Part shown: piece by piece, positions 38,147-48,602 of the stretch | Position numbering within the stretch: the first letter of the stretch is position 1 | How the letters are laid out: every line of letters starts with the position of its first letter | The notes under the pieces: generated by a model | What the model saw: the letters and a program-made list of their open reading frames with translations, nothing else | Told to the model about the DNA's origin: nothing | Database searches by the model: none | Source: a virus | Taxonomy: Duplodnaviria; Heunggongvirae; Uroviricota; Caudoviricetes | IMG/VR virus record: IMGVR_UViG_2700989400_000004 | Span: 6,939 to 70,938 of that record | Reading direction: 5' to 3' (one strand) | DNA length: 64,000 bases | Translations under genes and position numbers: made by a program

Positions 38147-38689
38147 TCACCCCCGTTTAAAGCTCATAACGCGCGGCACAAGCGCTTCTTTTGCTTTCGG
38201 CTTACGTTTGCCTTTCTTCGCGGTTTTTTCTTCTTCCTTCGGCTGTTCTGCCTGTTCTAATGCCTGCTCAACGACTTCAGCCGCCTGCATTGCTGCAACC
38301 TGTGCTTCGTTTGATTCTGCCAGGATAGGGAAAAATGCATCAAAGATGCGGCCTACCATGTAAGCGTAAGTCTCATTCGCCGGATGAGATGGATCAGTGG
38401 TAGCCACGACGCCTACATCGCTTAAAACGTGAAATGTCGTGTGCGCCGCTTCATGTACCAGCGTTCCTAACTCATTGTCGAATACTGCGATCACGTAGAA
38501 GTTACCGCCTTTCTCACCAGTGCAAGTAAGCGTCAATCCTCCTGCCAGTTCGAAATCAGGCTCAATTGGAATTCCTGCCTTTTCGCAAAATTCATAAAAC
38601 ATCTCGCGGGTCGGGCAAAAGAAAACGGTTGTATGCTCAAAGAGCGGTACTTTGAATTGAGGCAATTTAATGCCTTTAGCCTTAGCCAT
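38147..38689 (-). CDS. zincin-like protein with HExxH motif and Lys-rich C-terminal tail
   Basis: 180 aa; …LGTLVHEAAHTTFHVLSD… (HEXXH) then …KEEEKTAKKGKRKPKAK…; AGGAG SD; directly precedes the micro-ORF array. Confidence 0.5.
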   Translation of the reverse strand: MAKAKGIKLPQFKVPLFEHTTVFFCPTREMFYEFCEKAGIPIEPDFELAGGLTLTCTGEKGGNFYVIAVFDNELGTLVHEAAHTTFHVLSDVGVVATTDPSHPANETYAYMVGRIFDAFFPILAESNEAQVAAMQAAEVVEQALEQAEQPKEEEKTAKKGKRKPKAKEALVPRVMSFKRG

Positions 38690-38974
38690 CAGAATAATCT
38701 CCTATTCTGAAAAATATAACCCCCGCAAAACTCGACACCGCAGGGAGTGAAAACAGCTATAAAACACTGAAAACGGCGCTTCATCAGTACCGTTTCCAGA
38801 ATTTTATAAAATTGGTGAATGGCGCTTTCTTCTACCCAGGTAGCGCCGACCTGTCAATGGGATGGATGATCCGGTATTACGTGTTTTCGACTATTCCGCC
38901 GTCGCTCGCGGGAAGGATTGGCCCGGTTATGGCTGGCTGGCAGAAACGGCGACACGTCCACGCACTGCCTGTAT

Positions 38975-39277
38975 TTACTCCGCGATCTTACCGATCTTGC
39001 TCATCTTCCACTCGTTCCCATGATGGCAATTACATGGCTTGTGTATTGACCGGACTGTTTCGAATTTCTCATTAATGATGTATGCCTCCGCATGTTCAGG
39101 AATATCCACCGTCGCCCAGCCGCCGTGCTCGTCCAGTACGCCCTTAACCTTCATTTGATATTTGCCAAAAACGTTTTCTTTTATTACGGAAAATGAAGGT
39201 GATAACTCAAAGTAATCCTCACTTTCTTTTAAAATTGTGTCGGTATGTTCTTTAACAATTAATTTCAGGAATAGCAT
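38975..39277 (-). CDS. hypothetical protein (100 aa) downstream of lysis cassette
   Basis: Protein-like ORF with CNCHHG motif; no recognisable family. Confidence 0.4.
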   Translation of the reverse strand: MLFLKLIVKEHTDTILKESEDYFELSPSFSVIKENVFGKYQMKVKGVLDEHGGWATVDIPEHAEAYIINEKFETVRSIHKPCNCHHGNEWKMSKIGKIAE

Positions 39278-39286
39278 AATCTACCT

Positions 39287-39769
39287 CTATTTCTGTCTTG
39301 TGCATTGTGTTCGTATGTAGTTTTGTAGTTCAGTTATTTTTGCATCTTTCTGTGCTAACCCTTCTCTGAGGGATAGATAATTTGATTGAGCGCTGGCAGT
39401 AGGTCTACAGGTGGCTCCATCAATGCGGCCGGTGGTTCCGGCGGGATCGGACACTCGCACAGGTATTGCGTTGACGTGCAACCGGATAGCACCGCTATCA
39501 ATACCAGCACGCAGATCAGCAATGTCGGACCTGATAGCTTTAATTTCATCGTGATACCTCTTATCAAGTTTTGACAGTTCGGCGTTTCGCTCCTTCATTT
39601 GCTGTATGGTGTTACTCGCTGTTTTTAATGCGCCTTGCGTCGTCGTTAGTTCTTCCTGTAAGCGCGTTACAGCTCCCTGTGTCTGACATAGTGCAGCGGT
39701 AAGCCCGACGATAATGCAAACAACCACGGCGATGATTAACGCCTTTATCTTGTCCACGTTTCCCCCCAT
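39287..39769 (-). CDS. Rz: i-spanin Rz
   Basis: 160 aa; N-terminal TM anchor then coiled-coil; last gene of lysis cassette with Rz1 embedded in +1 frame. Confidence 0.7.
   Translation of the reverse strand: MGGNVDKIKALIIAVVVCIIVGLTAALCQTQGAVTRLQEELTTTQGALKTASNTIQQMKERNAELSKLDKRYHDEIKAIRSDIADLRAGIDSGAIRLHVNAIPVRVSDPAGTTGRIDGATCRPTASAQSNYLSLREGLAQKDAKITELQNYIRTQCTRQK
39355..39549 (-). CDS. Rz1: o-spanin Rz1 (lipoprotein embedded within Rz)
   Basis: [24 protein letters not shown] lipobox then Pro-rich mature part (…[19 protein letters not shown]…); entirely inside Rz in another frame. Confidence 0.6.
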   Translation of the reverse strand: MKLKLSGPTLLICVLVLIAVLSGCTSTQYLCECPIPPEPPAALMEPPVDLLPALNQIIYPSEKG

Positions 39770-40236
39770 TCACAAACGGCATATTCAACATCACGGCGGT
39801 TAATTAACCCTTGCCATTTCTGACCACCAGCATAAATCCAGCGTTTAAGCTGTGCGCACGCTTCTGATTTCTTGCCGTCATTGAGTAGTTTTAATAAGGT
39901 TGATGTTTTGAAGTTGGTAGCGCCTACGTTATAGGCGAACGAGTAAAGCGCGGCGCGGGTAAAGTCGGAGATTTCTACCTTGATATAAGGGTCAATAGCT
40001 TTCGCCACCTTGTGAAGATCTTTATTAAGCAATGCCTCACATTCTGCCGGGGTGTAAGTCTTGCCTAGCATAATGTCTTTTCCGGTGTGACCTGCGCATA
40101 CGGTCCAGACACCAATAACATCACGGTATGGCTTGTATTCCACGCCCTCCAGCGGTTTAATCATCACGGCAGCAATTGCTATTGCCCCACCCGCCGCAGC
40201 CGCCAGAATCTGGCGTTTTAGCGTTTTGCTAATCAT
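39745..40236 (-). CDS. SAR endolysin (phage lysozyme, signal-anchor-release type)
   Basis: N-terminal weakly hydrophobic Ala/Gly-rich SAR segment (…[15 protein letters not shown]…) followed by lysozyme core …[33 protein letters not shown]… closely resembling phage 21-type endolysins. Confidence 0.85.
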   Translation of the reverse strand: MISKTLKRQILAAAAGGAIAIAAVMIKPLEGVEYKPYRDVIGVWTVCAGHTGKDIMLGKTYTPAECEALLNKDLHKVAKAIDPYIKVEISDFTRAALYSFAYNVGATNFKTSTLLKLLNDGKKSEACAQLKRWIYAGGQKWQGLINRRDVEYAVCEWGETWTR

Positions 40237-40445
40237 AACTTATTCATCTCCAGGTTGTGCCTTTCCTGTTCGCGCTTGTTCTCCTGTCGCTTGTAGTACC
40301 AATTAACCGCGAATGTGCCTATCGTGCACCCGATACCAACTATCACGGCTATGTCATTCAGGGATAAACCGCCAATTATGGTTGTCAGAATACCAGCTAC
40401 ATAGCTTGCGGCCTCCCTTGTTCGCGTGATTAACGTGGCGATCAT
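40233..40445 (-). CDS. class II holin (pinholin-like)
   Basis: 71 aa, two predicted TM segments and charged C-terminus; GGGGGT SD; overlaps endolysin start. Confidence 0.65.
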   Translation of the reverse strand: MIATLITRTREAASYVAGILTTIIGGLSLNDIAVIVGIGCTIGTFAVNWYYKRQENKREQERHNLEMNKL

Positions 40446-43400
40446 TAATACCCCCAACAAAACAAAAACCCGGCGCGGGGCCGGGTGGATACAATTTCGC
40501 ATTGTTAGGAAATATTTTAATCCGTTTGTTTAATCCATACAAATATGGCTTACATCTTCCTTTCTATAAGGTCGTTATCCAGTAATAAACGCATGTTATC
40601 GCGACGCATACTACTTACTTTCCAATACTGGTCACTTAGTGTCTTTATGAAAATTTTGTCACCTTTTACCATATATGCAATCGAGTGATATTTATGGATA
40701 TATACACCATCTTCGATCTCATTCATAAATCACCAACCTTAATCCAGAATCCGCGCTTAATCGCCCTGATGATAACTTTTGTTGTCCCACGGAAAGGCGG
40801 TTCAATCCACGGCTCAAACTTATAAAGTCGCGTCAAAACGTGTTCACCCTCAAGGCGATAATAAGCGCGTGTAATCAACGATTGATATACGCCGTCATAT
40901 TTATGGTCGCTATTTCTCATTTTTGCGTTCCTTAATGGCTCTTTTGATCTGCGTGCGCGTGGCATCGACGAGAGCGATAAACACCGCTATAGGCCAAAAA
41001 GGGATGAGCCCTCCACGGTCGAGATCGTTACTTGTGATGAAACAAGCCATCAGGATAGCGCCAGCGATATAAAGGAGAACTACCGCCAGGATAAGCAATT
41101 CAATCATTCTCACCCCCTAAGCGTTGATATATTTCCTCTGCATCCTCCCCGCGCTCAAAGCAAAAGTTTTCAAATAGCCGCCAGTATTCAGCAAACGCTG
41201 ATAAATTAGTCATTGTTTATTCTCCTTCGTAAAAAGTCGTCACCAGTTCGGCATCAATTAAGGTGTTATGTTCTACCCAAACCCCGTGGCGCATTGCGAA
41301 AGCTATCTCACCAGCTATTTTTCGCCACATAGGAATAGATTCATCAAAATATGTTTTTTCCAATTCCTCATTGTATGTCAATTCGCAAAACCGACCACGA
41401 TTAACATCTTCAATCACGCGGGAGTACTCGCCATCAAACCTACTAACTCCGCGCCATAGTTTGATCACAACCATAATTAAACTCCGTTTGATGGGGCCAT
41501 CCGGCCCCGTGGTAAATTTATATTCGTTACAAGTTGTGCGGCAAAACATCCGGTCAAAATAGCTTTCCATCAGAAAACCCCTTTATAATCGACCGTGTAT
41601 TTCGCTATCAGGTTCCAATCGCAATAATTAAGCATGTCGCGCGGTTGCCAGCCTTTCATGCCAACCGCCCGCCGCGCAGCGTGGCGGCGATAATCGTCAT
41701 TAAGATCCGCAATGCACCACGGCTGGAGTACAAACATATAATTGGCCTCATTAATCAGGATAGCTACCCGTTTCCCTGTTGCCTTATCTTTTGCCCTGAA
41801 ATAATTCACTTTCACTTTCATTTTAATACCTCGTCGATCAGCATTTCTTCTTCCAGGTTAGCCGGACGTTTACGGAATATCCCGGCGAAGACAAGATCTT
41901 CCAGTAGGTCTTTGCGCTTAAATAACCATTCCTTCATTATTACCCCGTCATCGCTGCGATATACGACGCCGTTTTTCAGAAAATAAAAAGTATGGGTATT
42001 CGTCTGAAGGTATAAGTCTTCGTAAACGTCCATGATATTAACCCTCGACTACTTGCAGCCCACGCCCCTTGTCGCCCACGAAGTCGCCCAAGCTGAACGT
42101 GTACGACCACGCCGGATTGATATAATTTTCATCAGCACCGTGAGCAATAAGGTCTTTACCCAAAATGACGCAGGTCACATCATCAGAGTGAATAACGTCT
42201 ACCGTTTCACCGACTACGCGTTTTAATGACGGGTATCCGTGATCGTGCAAAAACTTAACCTTCATTATCCACCCCGTCTTTTTTGATTATTTTTCGAATC
42301 CCTTCAAAAATTTCCACGCTTGAGCTATCTATAATCATTTTTACATGTGGGTTATAGCGTTCCGATAGGTATTTTTGTATGTTTTCAATAGATTTAATAA
42401 ACATCCGATCTTCATCTTTAGTAAAATTACTGTTCATAATTCAATCTCCTAGCGGTCAATGCTTATTAAAAAATTCAATGATGGGTAGCCGTGATCGTGC
42501 AAGAATTTAACTTTCATATTTCTTTCTCTTGTAAGACCAACAATACCGCCAGCATTTCCCCGTCATGTAATGGGTCTGGAATAGCAAAAAATATGTCGCT
42601 GTTTCTGTCCGGCACTACAACGCGCATATTTCCTTGTTTGTCTTCATGAACAAACCACGGCTTTTCGTGTGGCTCAAACATACCAAAAAGCAATTTAAGA
42701 TCTATTTCTTCGCCCTTCGTGAATAACGATACATCCGTTGTGGCGATAACTAACGCTTTCTTGTCTGCCATTTTCTTCGCTCTCATTACTCTGTATCCCA
42801 TCGTTCAATACTGATTAAAAAGTCCCGGATAGCGTGGCGCTCGTCTCGCGTAGGTTTGCGCTTCCGGTAAATTTTAAAATCAAACCATTCTTTTTCTTGT
42901 TCGAAATCCAGATCGTAAGCAAGCGCCTCAATATATCCGCATTCGTGATACTGGTACGCTACGCCAGCACGAACAAAAAAGCGGGTTTTATCCCGCTTAT
43001 GCTCATAGATACGCATATTTCCCCCGCTATGCAGTCGTGTAGCTGTCTACTAACTTCTCATCCTTCATTCTGGCAAGCTGGCTAATATTCATCGTGTAGC
43101 CGCCATCAGAGAAAAGCCACTCCGCCGCCTTGCGACGAAAAGTAGTATCATCATGGTTGCGCGTCCATGTGGCGATCACCACGCGCTTTCCGTCAGTGGC
43201 AAACATAGATAATTCATTATCAACTACGTCGATAGCCTGCCAGATTTTTAGCTCCATGATTTATCCCCGTAAATTTTGAATAATTCCTGTGCTTCCTGAT
43301 CTTCGAATAACTTCATATGCAGATCATGCAGGCGTCGCATTGTGCGGAAGCGTGGTCTGAATTCTTGACTTCGTTTAATGCATTTACCACCTATTGAGTA

Positions 43401-44582
43401 AATATGTCCGTATGAATACCATCTGTTACCTACCCAAATTTGATATTCTTCACCATCATAGTTAATTTTGATTGTAAACTCGTCAACCTCCATTATTAAT
43501 CCTTTATCGAGGATATCATTTAACATATCATCCCATTCTTTGAGAAATGGCTGTTGATAGAAACCGAAAAGTGTATTTGCAGCGTGGCAAAGGTAATCAA
43601 GGATTATTTGCATATTATCACCACATCATATAGTAAACGTTATCATCAGCTAATGCGTCGGCGTCTTCCTGCGTCATGTGCCGCGCTTCCAGAAAGAAAT
43701 CATCATCATGCCATTCACTAACAAGCATACGCGCCCATTTACGGCGGCGTCGCTTATTGCGTCGCAGATCATCAAAAGCCATTAATGCTTTGTCGTATGC
43801 CCTTACAAGGCGCTTACGGTTACTTTTCATTTTCACCTCTCAACATCCAATTTCTGTCACATTTAATTGCGAATACCTTAACAGGATCAGGGCCGAATAA
43901 TGGATGAGTGATAGTTTTTACTTCGTACCCAAAATAAGGAAGGTTAATAATCCTGTGTTTTTCGTGGTTGGCAGGGTATCCCCATTTAATAATCAGGCGT
44001 TCATATTCCCGCCCTTCAAGACGTTTACGCCAATAGTCATTATAAAGCCGGTATTCCTCCACCTTCTTTCCAGTCCATATGGCGTGAAAGTATTCACCTT
44101 TCAGATTCAAATGTAGGTCTTTACTTGCCATCGCTATGATCCTGTAAACAGTCGTTATAGCCTTCTATATATCCGGTTAATCCGGTGTTACTCACTGACC
44201 ATTCAGCCGTCCGGCGCTTGATGGCCTCGTCCATCGTGATTTCACCTTTGCGATGACATCCGGCATCAATATAGCGGTTAACAACCGAAGATAGCCGCCC
44301 GCGTAGCTGTTGTGTTCCGGCGTAATATCGGGCCGTATCCGCAAGCTCGTTAATCAACTGGCGGTAAATATGTTCTTTTAATTTAGGCTTCATTATCGTC
44401 ACCCCGCTTGTAAATTTTGACAGGCTTAATAGGGATGGCGGGCAATTCGCCTTCATTTAATGCGCTTGCCATACCCAATATTAAACGCGCTTCCGCACCA
44501 GTGACTTTCTTACACCATGCGCCGCCTTTTTTATCTTGAAATAAGATAACAGCAAACTGATCGTTTATTTCCAGCTTATCCA

Positions 44583-45311
44583 TTATTCACCCCGTGTAAC
44601 TCGTTTAATTTCGCTTTCAGCGCGGGCCTCTTCTTTGAATAGCTCAGCTATGGCGTCTTCATAGAAAACCCGGTATTTCTTCCACCATGTTGATCGGCTT
44701 ACCGGAAAAACAAGCTGATTAACCGCCTGCCGGACGAGATCTACAGGGAAACGCGAGTACCCGCGCCCGCCGCAATGCTGGCACGTTTTGAATACTGGCA
44801 TTTCCGCCGCTTCGCTGGCTGTTTTATCCGGTACTTCGCCGCGCCCCTTGCACCGCTGGCAATGGTTTTTAACGTAGCCTTTGCCGCCGCACCGTGCGCA
44901 AATTGTTGATGTGTATTCGCATTCATGGTGAGGTAAAAGCCCGTTACCGCCGCACTTAGGGCAAACTTTTTCGGTCGCCGCACTCTGGCAATAATCCCGA
45001 AACGCGAAAACGGCAACAAGAATAATAAGTCCATTGCGCTGATCCTCGTTTAACTCCATCACGTATTCGTAATCTTTTGCCATCGATTTTAAGCGGTCTA
45101 TAAGCAACGACACGGCTTTATTTTTTTCAGCTTGCGATAGCTCCATCTTTCCCAAAAAAGCGCTATAACCCAGTGTTACGCGCGATTGCGCCATACCCGC
45201 AGCGGTTAGCGCATCCGTTGTATTAAGCGCATCCGGGGACGTGCCCCGGCTTTCATCTGATAATCGCGGTGATTTGGGAAAGTGGAATTTCAGAATGGAT
45301 TCTAAATTCAT
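44583..45311 (-). CDS. zinc-finger protein with four CxxCxGxG repeats (DnaJ-type); possible Q-like late antiterminator
   Basis: CPKCGGNG / CARCGGKG / CQRCKGRG / CQHCGGRG; lies just downstream of rusA/ninG-type genes as Q does in lambdoid phages. Confidence 0.4.
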   Translation of the reverse strand: MNLESILKFHFPKSPRLSDESRGTSPDALNTTDALTAAGMAQSRVTLGYSAFLGKMELSQAEKNKAVSLLIDRLKSMAKDYEYVMELNEDQRNGLIILVAVFAFRDYCQSAATEKVCPKCGGNGLLPHHECEYTSTICARCGGKGYVKNHCQRCKGRGEVPDKTASEAAEMPVFKTCQHCGGRGYSRFPVDLVRQAVNQLVFPVSRSTWWKKYRVFYEDAIAELFKEEARAESEIKRVTRGE

Positions 45312-45476
45312 TATTTGCCCCCGTAACGCGCTGCCAGTCGTTTACGATCAGAAATAGACTGGACTAACTTTCTCTCAAGCTCTTTCAGTGCTAGCAATTC
45401 GCGCATGTGAAAAGCCTGGATTTGTCGGACCGTCTCTAAATCATGCTCGTCGCGCTGAATACCTATTTGCAGATCT

Positions 45477-45896
45477 TTAATTTCGTTTTTCATTGTCACC
45501 CCACATATTAGTCGCGTATTCGTCAATATCCGGTAGTAGGTCGCCGCGTTCGCGGATCTTAATAAACAAGCGCCCGCCTTTTACCTTCCGGCAGCGGACA
45601 ATTTTTATTGAGTCGATTTGCCCGTCATCCTTCCAGAATCCGGCATAAGTAAGGCTGTCAAAAAGGCATTTAGGGATATTGTCCAGATCTCTGATCCGGT
45701 TATCCGGCGGCGCGGCATAAATGGCGATTGCCAGTCGGCAAGATAGGTTAATGTTTAAATTTAATAGCTCGATGATGTCTCTTACTTGTTCCCTGTATTC
45801 CTTCCCCACTTTGCTGATATAGTGAAAACCGCGCGAATGTCGGTAATAGCGGTTATTCGACGGCGGGTAAGGCAGGCTAAAAGAATATTCATTCAT
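45477..45896 (-). CDS. rusA: Holliday-junction resolvase RusA
   Basis: N-terminal …SLPYPPSNNRYYRH… and …DLDNIPKCLFDSLTYAGFWKDD… match the RusA family. Confidence 0.8.
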   Translation of the reverse strand: MNEYSFSLPYPPSNNRYYRHSRGFHYISKVGKEYREQVRDIIELLNLNINLSCRLAIAIYAAPPDNRIRDLDNIPKCLFDSLTYAGFWKDDGQIDSIKIVRCRKVKGGRLFIKIRERGDLLPDIDEYATNMWGDNEKRN

Positions 45897-46498
45897 GCTG
45901 CCTTTCTCCTTAAGGCGTCCAATTTAGCCTGATAGATGTTTATTAGCTCCTTACATTCTGCGATCGTCCATTTATGCGTATCATTGTTGTTTTCCAGTGC
46001 TACCACCCTTGCGAGGCCAATTTTTCGAATCAGTGCCGGGCGATACCCTCCTATGTTTCCGTCTAATGTCTGGTTGCAGTGCCTGCATTGTTTATGGCAA
46101 TTATCCTCGTTAAAGCGAAGGTGTCCTGCGGCGGCAACCGTCCTGTAATGGCCCGCATCCCACCCGCATTGCTCACCGTAGTAAGTCCCGCAGGATATAC
46201 ACGGCAAGCGCGCGTCACGTTCGCGGATATAGGCGTTGAATACGTTTTGAACTTGCTTGATCCAGTAGCTGCGCGGATTTAACTGTTTCCGCTTCCGGTT
46301 GCGTTCTTCCCGCTGGCTATCGCGGCGTTTCTTCCGTTCCATCGCCTTCATAGCCTTTTCACGGTCGCGGCATAGCTGATCAAACTTCAGTTCTTCCAGA
46401 CATTCATCGCTGCACCACGTCTGATTGTGATATTTAGGCTCAAAAAAAACGCCGCAGCACTTGCAACGGCGTCTTATGGGTTTTTTAGGGTTTTGCAT
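45893..46498 (-). CDS. ninG: NinG (Rap) recombination protein
   Basis: Cys-rich N-terminus (…RRRCKCCGVFFEP…) and …CGWDAGHY…CHKQCRHCN… as in lambda NinG; ATG at 46498 with GGGGTGGA SD. Confidence 0.75.
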   Translation of the reverse strand: MQNPKKPIRRRCKCCGVFFEPKYHNQTWCSDECLEELKFDQLCRDREKAMKAMERKKRRDSQREERNRKRKQLNPRSYWIKQVQNVFNAYIRERDARLPCISCGTYYGEQCGWDAGHYRTVAAAGHLRFNEDNCHKQCRHCNQTLDGNIGGYRPALIRKIGLARVVALENNNDTHKWTIAECKELINIYQAKLDALRRKAA

Positions 46499-46512
46499 AA
46501 AATCCACCCCAA

Positions 46513-46689
46513 TTATTTTCGATTTTCGATTTCGTTCGGCTTTGCGGCGGCTCCGGCCCTTAGCCAATGATCTACGCATTTGTTGCACTCGTTACAGTCT
46601 CCTTTGTTTGGGTTACACAAATTGCACATTGCCCGCATTACGCATTCGCGCTCGTAGTCGTCATGCCACGCATACCTGTCATCGTTCAT
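46513..46689 (-). CDS. small Cys-rich (zinc-ribbon-like) protein, 58 aa
   Basis: Not in ORF track (<60 aa); MNDDRYAWHDDYERECVMRAMCNLCNPNKGDCNECNKCVDHW…; strong AGAAGGAG SD. Confidence 0.4.
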   Translation of the reverse strand: MNDDRYAWHDDYERECVMRAMCNLCNPNKGDCNECNKCVDHWLRAGAAAKPNEIENRK

Positions 46690-46852
46690 AATTTGATCTC
46701 CTTCTGTTAGGCGATGTGTTTCCGCATTTCAGCGGGGCCGGATTTTTAAAGAGCATTTCGTTTGATTGCAGTATACAAAATGGATGCACCTGGACAAAGT
46801 AAAAAGCGCCATTATGTGACGCTAATCACACAATGACGCCATTTTGTAAACT

Positions 46853-47617
46853 TTAGTCCGGTAAAACGCGGTTAAGCGTCGTCCGCGTGATGGCCCGGTC
46901 GTTAGCCAGGAATACAGCACGGGCGAAGCCGCGCGGCGTTAGTGAGCGGATCATCTTAGTGCGCTTCGACTTTCCGCCTAACTTCGCGTGCTGCTTACTG
47001 TCTTCCCATTCATCCGGCATTGGTACAGGCCGGAATAGCGGCTGCTTAAATCCATTCCCACACCAAATACATGTTTTCTTCGTGTAGGCGTCGCGGGCGG
47101 CGATGTATTCCGGGAAAGCGGGATGTTTATCATCTTCCGGCAGGTAGCCACCATAAGCGCACGGATTGAAGATAAAATCCGGTTTACGCCATAACGTTGA
47201 TAGTGCGCCTACCGGATTTTCTACCATCCACGGCACGTTATACATATTCGCCAGTTTTTCTACCAGTTTTGCGTTATGCGCCGCCTTCACCTGGAAGTCA
47301 GGGTCTTTTTTCCGTTTATCAGCGAACCAGCGAGCGCCTGAAACGGCGAGATTGTCGCATGGAGGAAAGCCCAGGATAATGTCAGGATCTGGATATACAG
47401 ACAATTCAGGGGAGAACATTACCAGGAAATGGCTATCAATCCAGACATTGACATATTCAATATTGGGATGAATTATTTTTACCCCGTCATAATCCCCGTG
47501 ATTAGCGCCGTCATAGTTGAAGCAATAACATTTATAACCAGCGTCCGCCCAATCTTTAACGGCGTACCCGCTGCCGTCATATAGCGACCACACCACCCAA
47601 TTTCTAAGCCCGCTCAT
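46853..47617 (-). CDS. putative DNA methyltransferase-like protein (C5-cytosine MTase-like motifs, atypical)
   Basis: Motif I-like SLYDGSGYA, motif IV-like GFPPCDNLAVSG (PC-D not PC-Q), motif VI-like MVENPVG; short (254 aa). Confidence 0.4.
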   Translation of the reverse strand: MSGLRNWVVWSLYDGSGYAVKDWADAGYKCYCFNYDGANHGDYDGVKIIHPNIEYVNVWIDSHFLVMFSPELSVYPDPDIILGFPPCDNLAVSGARWFADKRKKDPDFQVKAAHNAKLVEKLANMYNVPWMVENPVGALSTLWRKPDFIFNPCAYGGYLPEDDKHPAFPEYIAARDAYTKKTCIWCGNGFKQPLFRPVPMPDEWEDSKQHAKLGGKSKRTKMIRSLTPRGFARAVFLANDRAITRTTLNRVLPD

Positions 47618-48159
47618 TTTCTACCCTCAAACGTGAAATAGCGGCGCATGATGATAGTAATCACCGTTACCGCTGCCATTTTTGAGATAAATTGCATAGC
47701 TGATATTTCCGGCATAAATGCCATAAACGATAGCGTTGGGAAAATTAACGCATCACCTATGGCGGACGCTATATTTGCAGGCCATCGTTTTGAATCAAAG
47801 TCACCAGGCAAAACCCGGTAAACGCCGCCAGAAATAAGCGCACCGGAAACAACCGCGACAAATGACGCGATCGCCACCATTCCGGCATCGTAATTTATCA
47901 GCACAGTGATTGCGCCAGCGGCGGCGCATGTTGTAGCCGACCATTTCAGGCCGCCGTCATATAACAGGAAGTCACGGATCATCATATTGACACACACAGC
48001 GGCTACCGTGGTGATCGGAATTACCCACGGGCCGCAATGGTTAACAATAAGATTGATGATCACGAAAACGGCGACATAAACGCAGGCTAATAACCTGTCA
48101 ATTGTCACCCTTTCCATTTTTATGATACCCCGCCGCGCGTAATAGTGATTCGTTGTCAA
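47614..48159 (-). CDS. polytopic inner-membrane protein
   Basis: 181 aa with about five hydrophobic segments; possible transporter; coupled to the methyltransferase-like gene. Confidence 0.45.
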   Translation of the reverse strand: MTTNHYYARRGIIKMERVTIDRLLACVYVAVFVIINLIVNHCGPWVIPITTVAAVCVNMMIRDFLLYDGGLKWSATTCAAAGAITVLINYDAGMVAIASFVAVVSGALISGGVYRVLPGDFDSKRWPANIASAIGDALIFPTLSFMAFMPEISAMQFISKMAAVTVITIIMRRYFTFEGRK

Positions 48160-48602
48160 ACTTCACATCAAGCCGATTAATAATCTCACCACCGTTAAAC
48201 ATCACAGTTGGGATTGTCCCTGGTGCAATAGATGGCTCTGGTCCAGCAAGATCAGCAAAAGTTTTCTTCAATCCACCGATAGGGAGATCAAAAACGCCCT
48301 GTTTTTTCTTTTGTTCTTCCTCCCGCTCCGTTAATATTTGCTCCGCTTTTAGCGCGTTGTAGCTAATCAAATCAATTAGCGTGTCTGTCGGATCGCTATT
48401 ATTGCTCAAAATAGCTTCTAATCGCGCCTCCTTGAGACAAATTAGTAGATCCCATACATCAAGCGGGGTTAAATTTGCCCCCTTCTTAGCGTTGTAAATA
48501 GCGGCTATTTTTGGCGCTGATTTTTCCTCTTTTTTGTCGTATCCGTTTTGCTTACCTCTTTGCTCTATGGTTTCCGCCGCAAGTCTCAATAAATCTGTTG
48601 CC

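Noticed and set aside
38690-38974. Late promoter plus attenuator/terminator (PR'/tR'-like) upstream of the HExxH gene
   Set aside because: A TTGACA-like hexamer and a GC hairpin with T-run exist, but the -10 match is poor and it lies far from the Q-like gene; too speculative to annotate
47614-48159. Specific call as a queuosine-precursor (YhhQ-type) transporter
   Set aside because: Only general polytopic membrane character is evident from sequence; family assignment not supportable without a search
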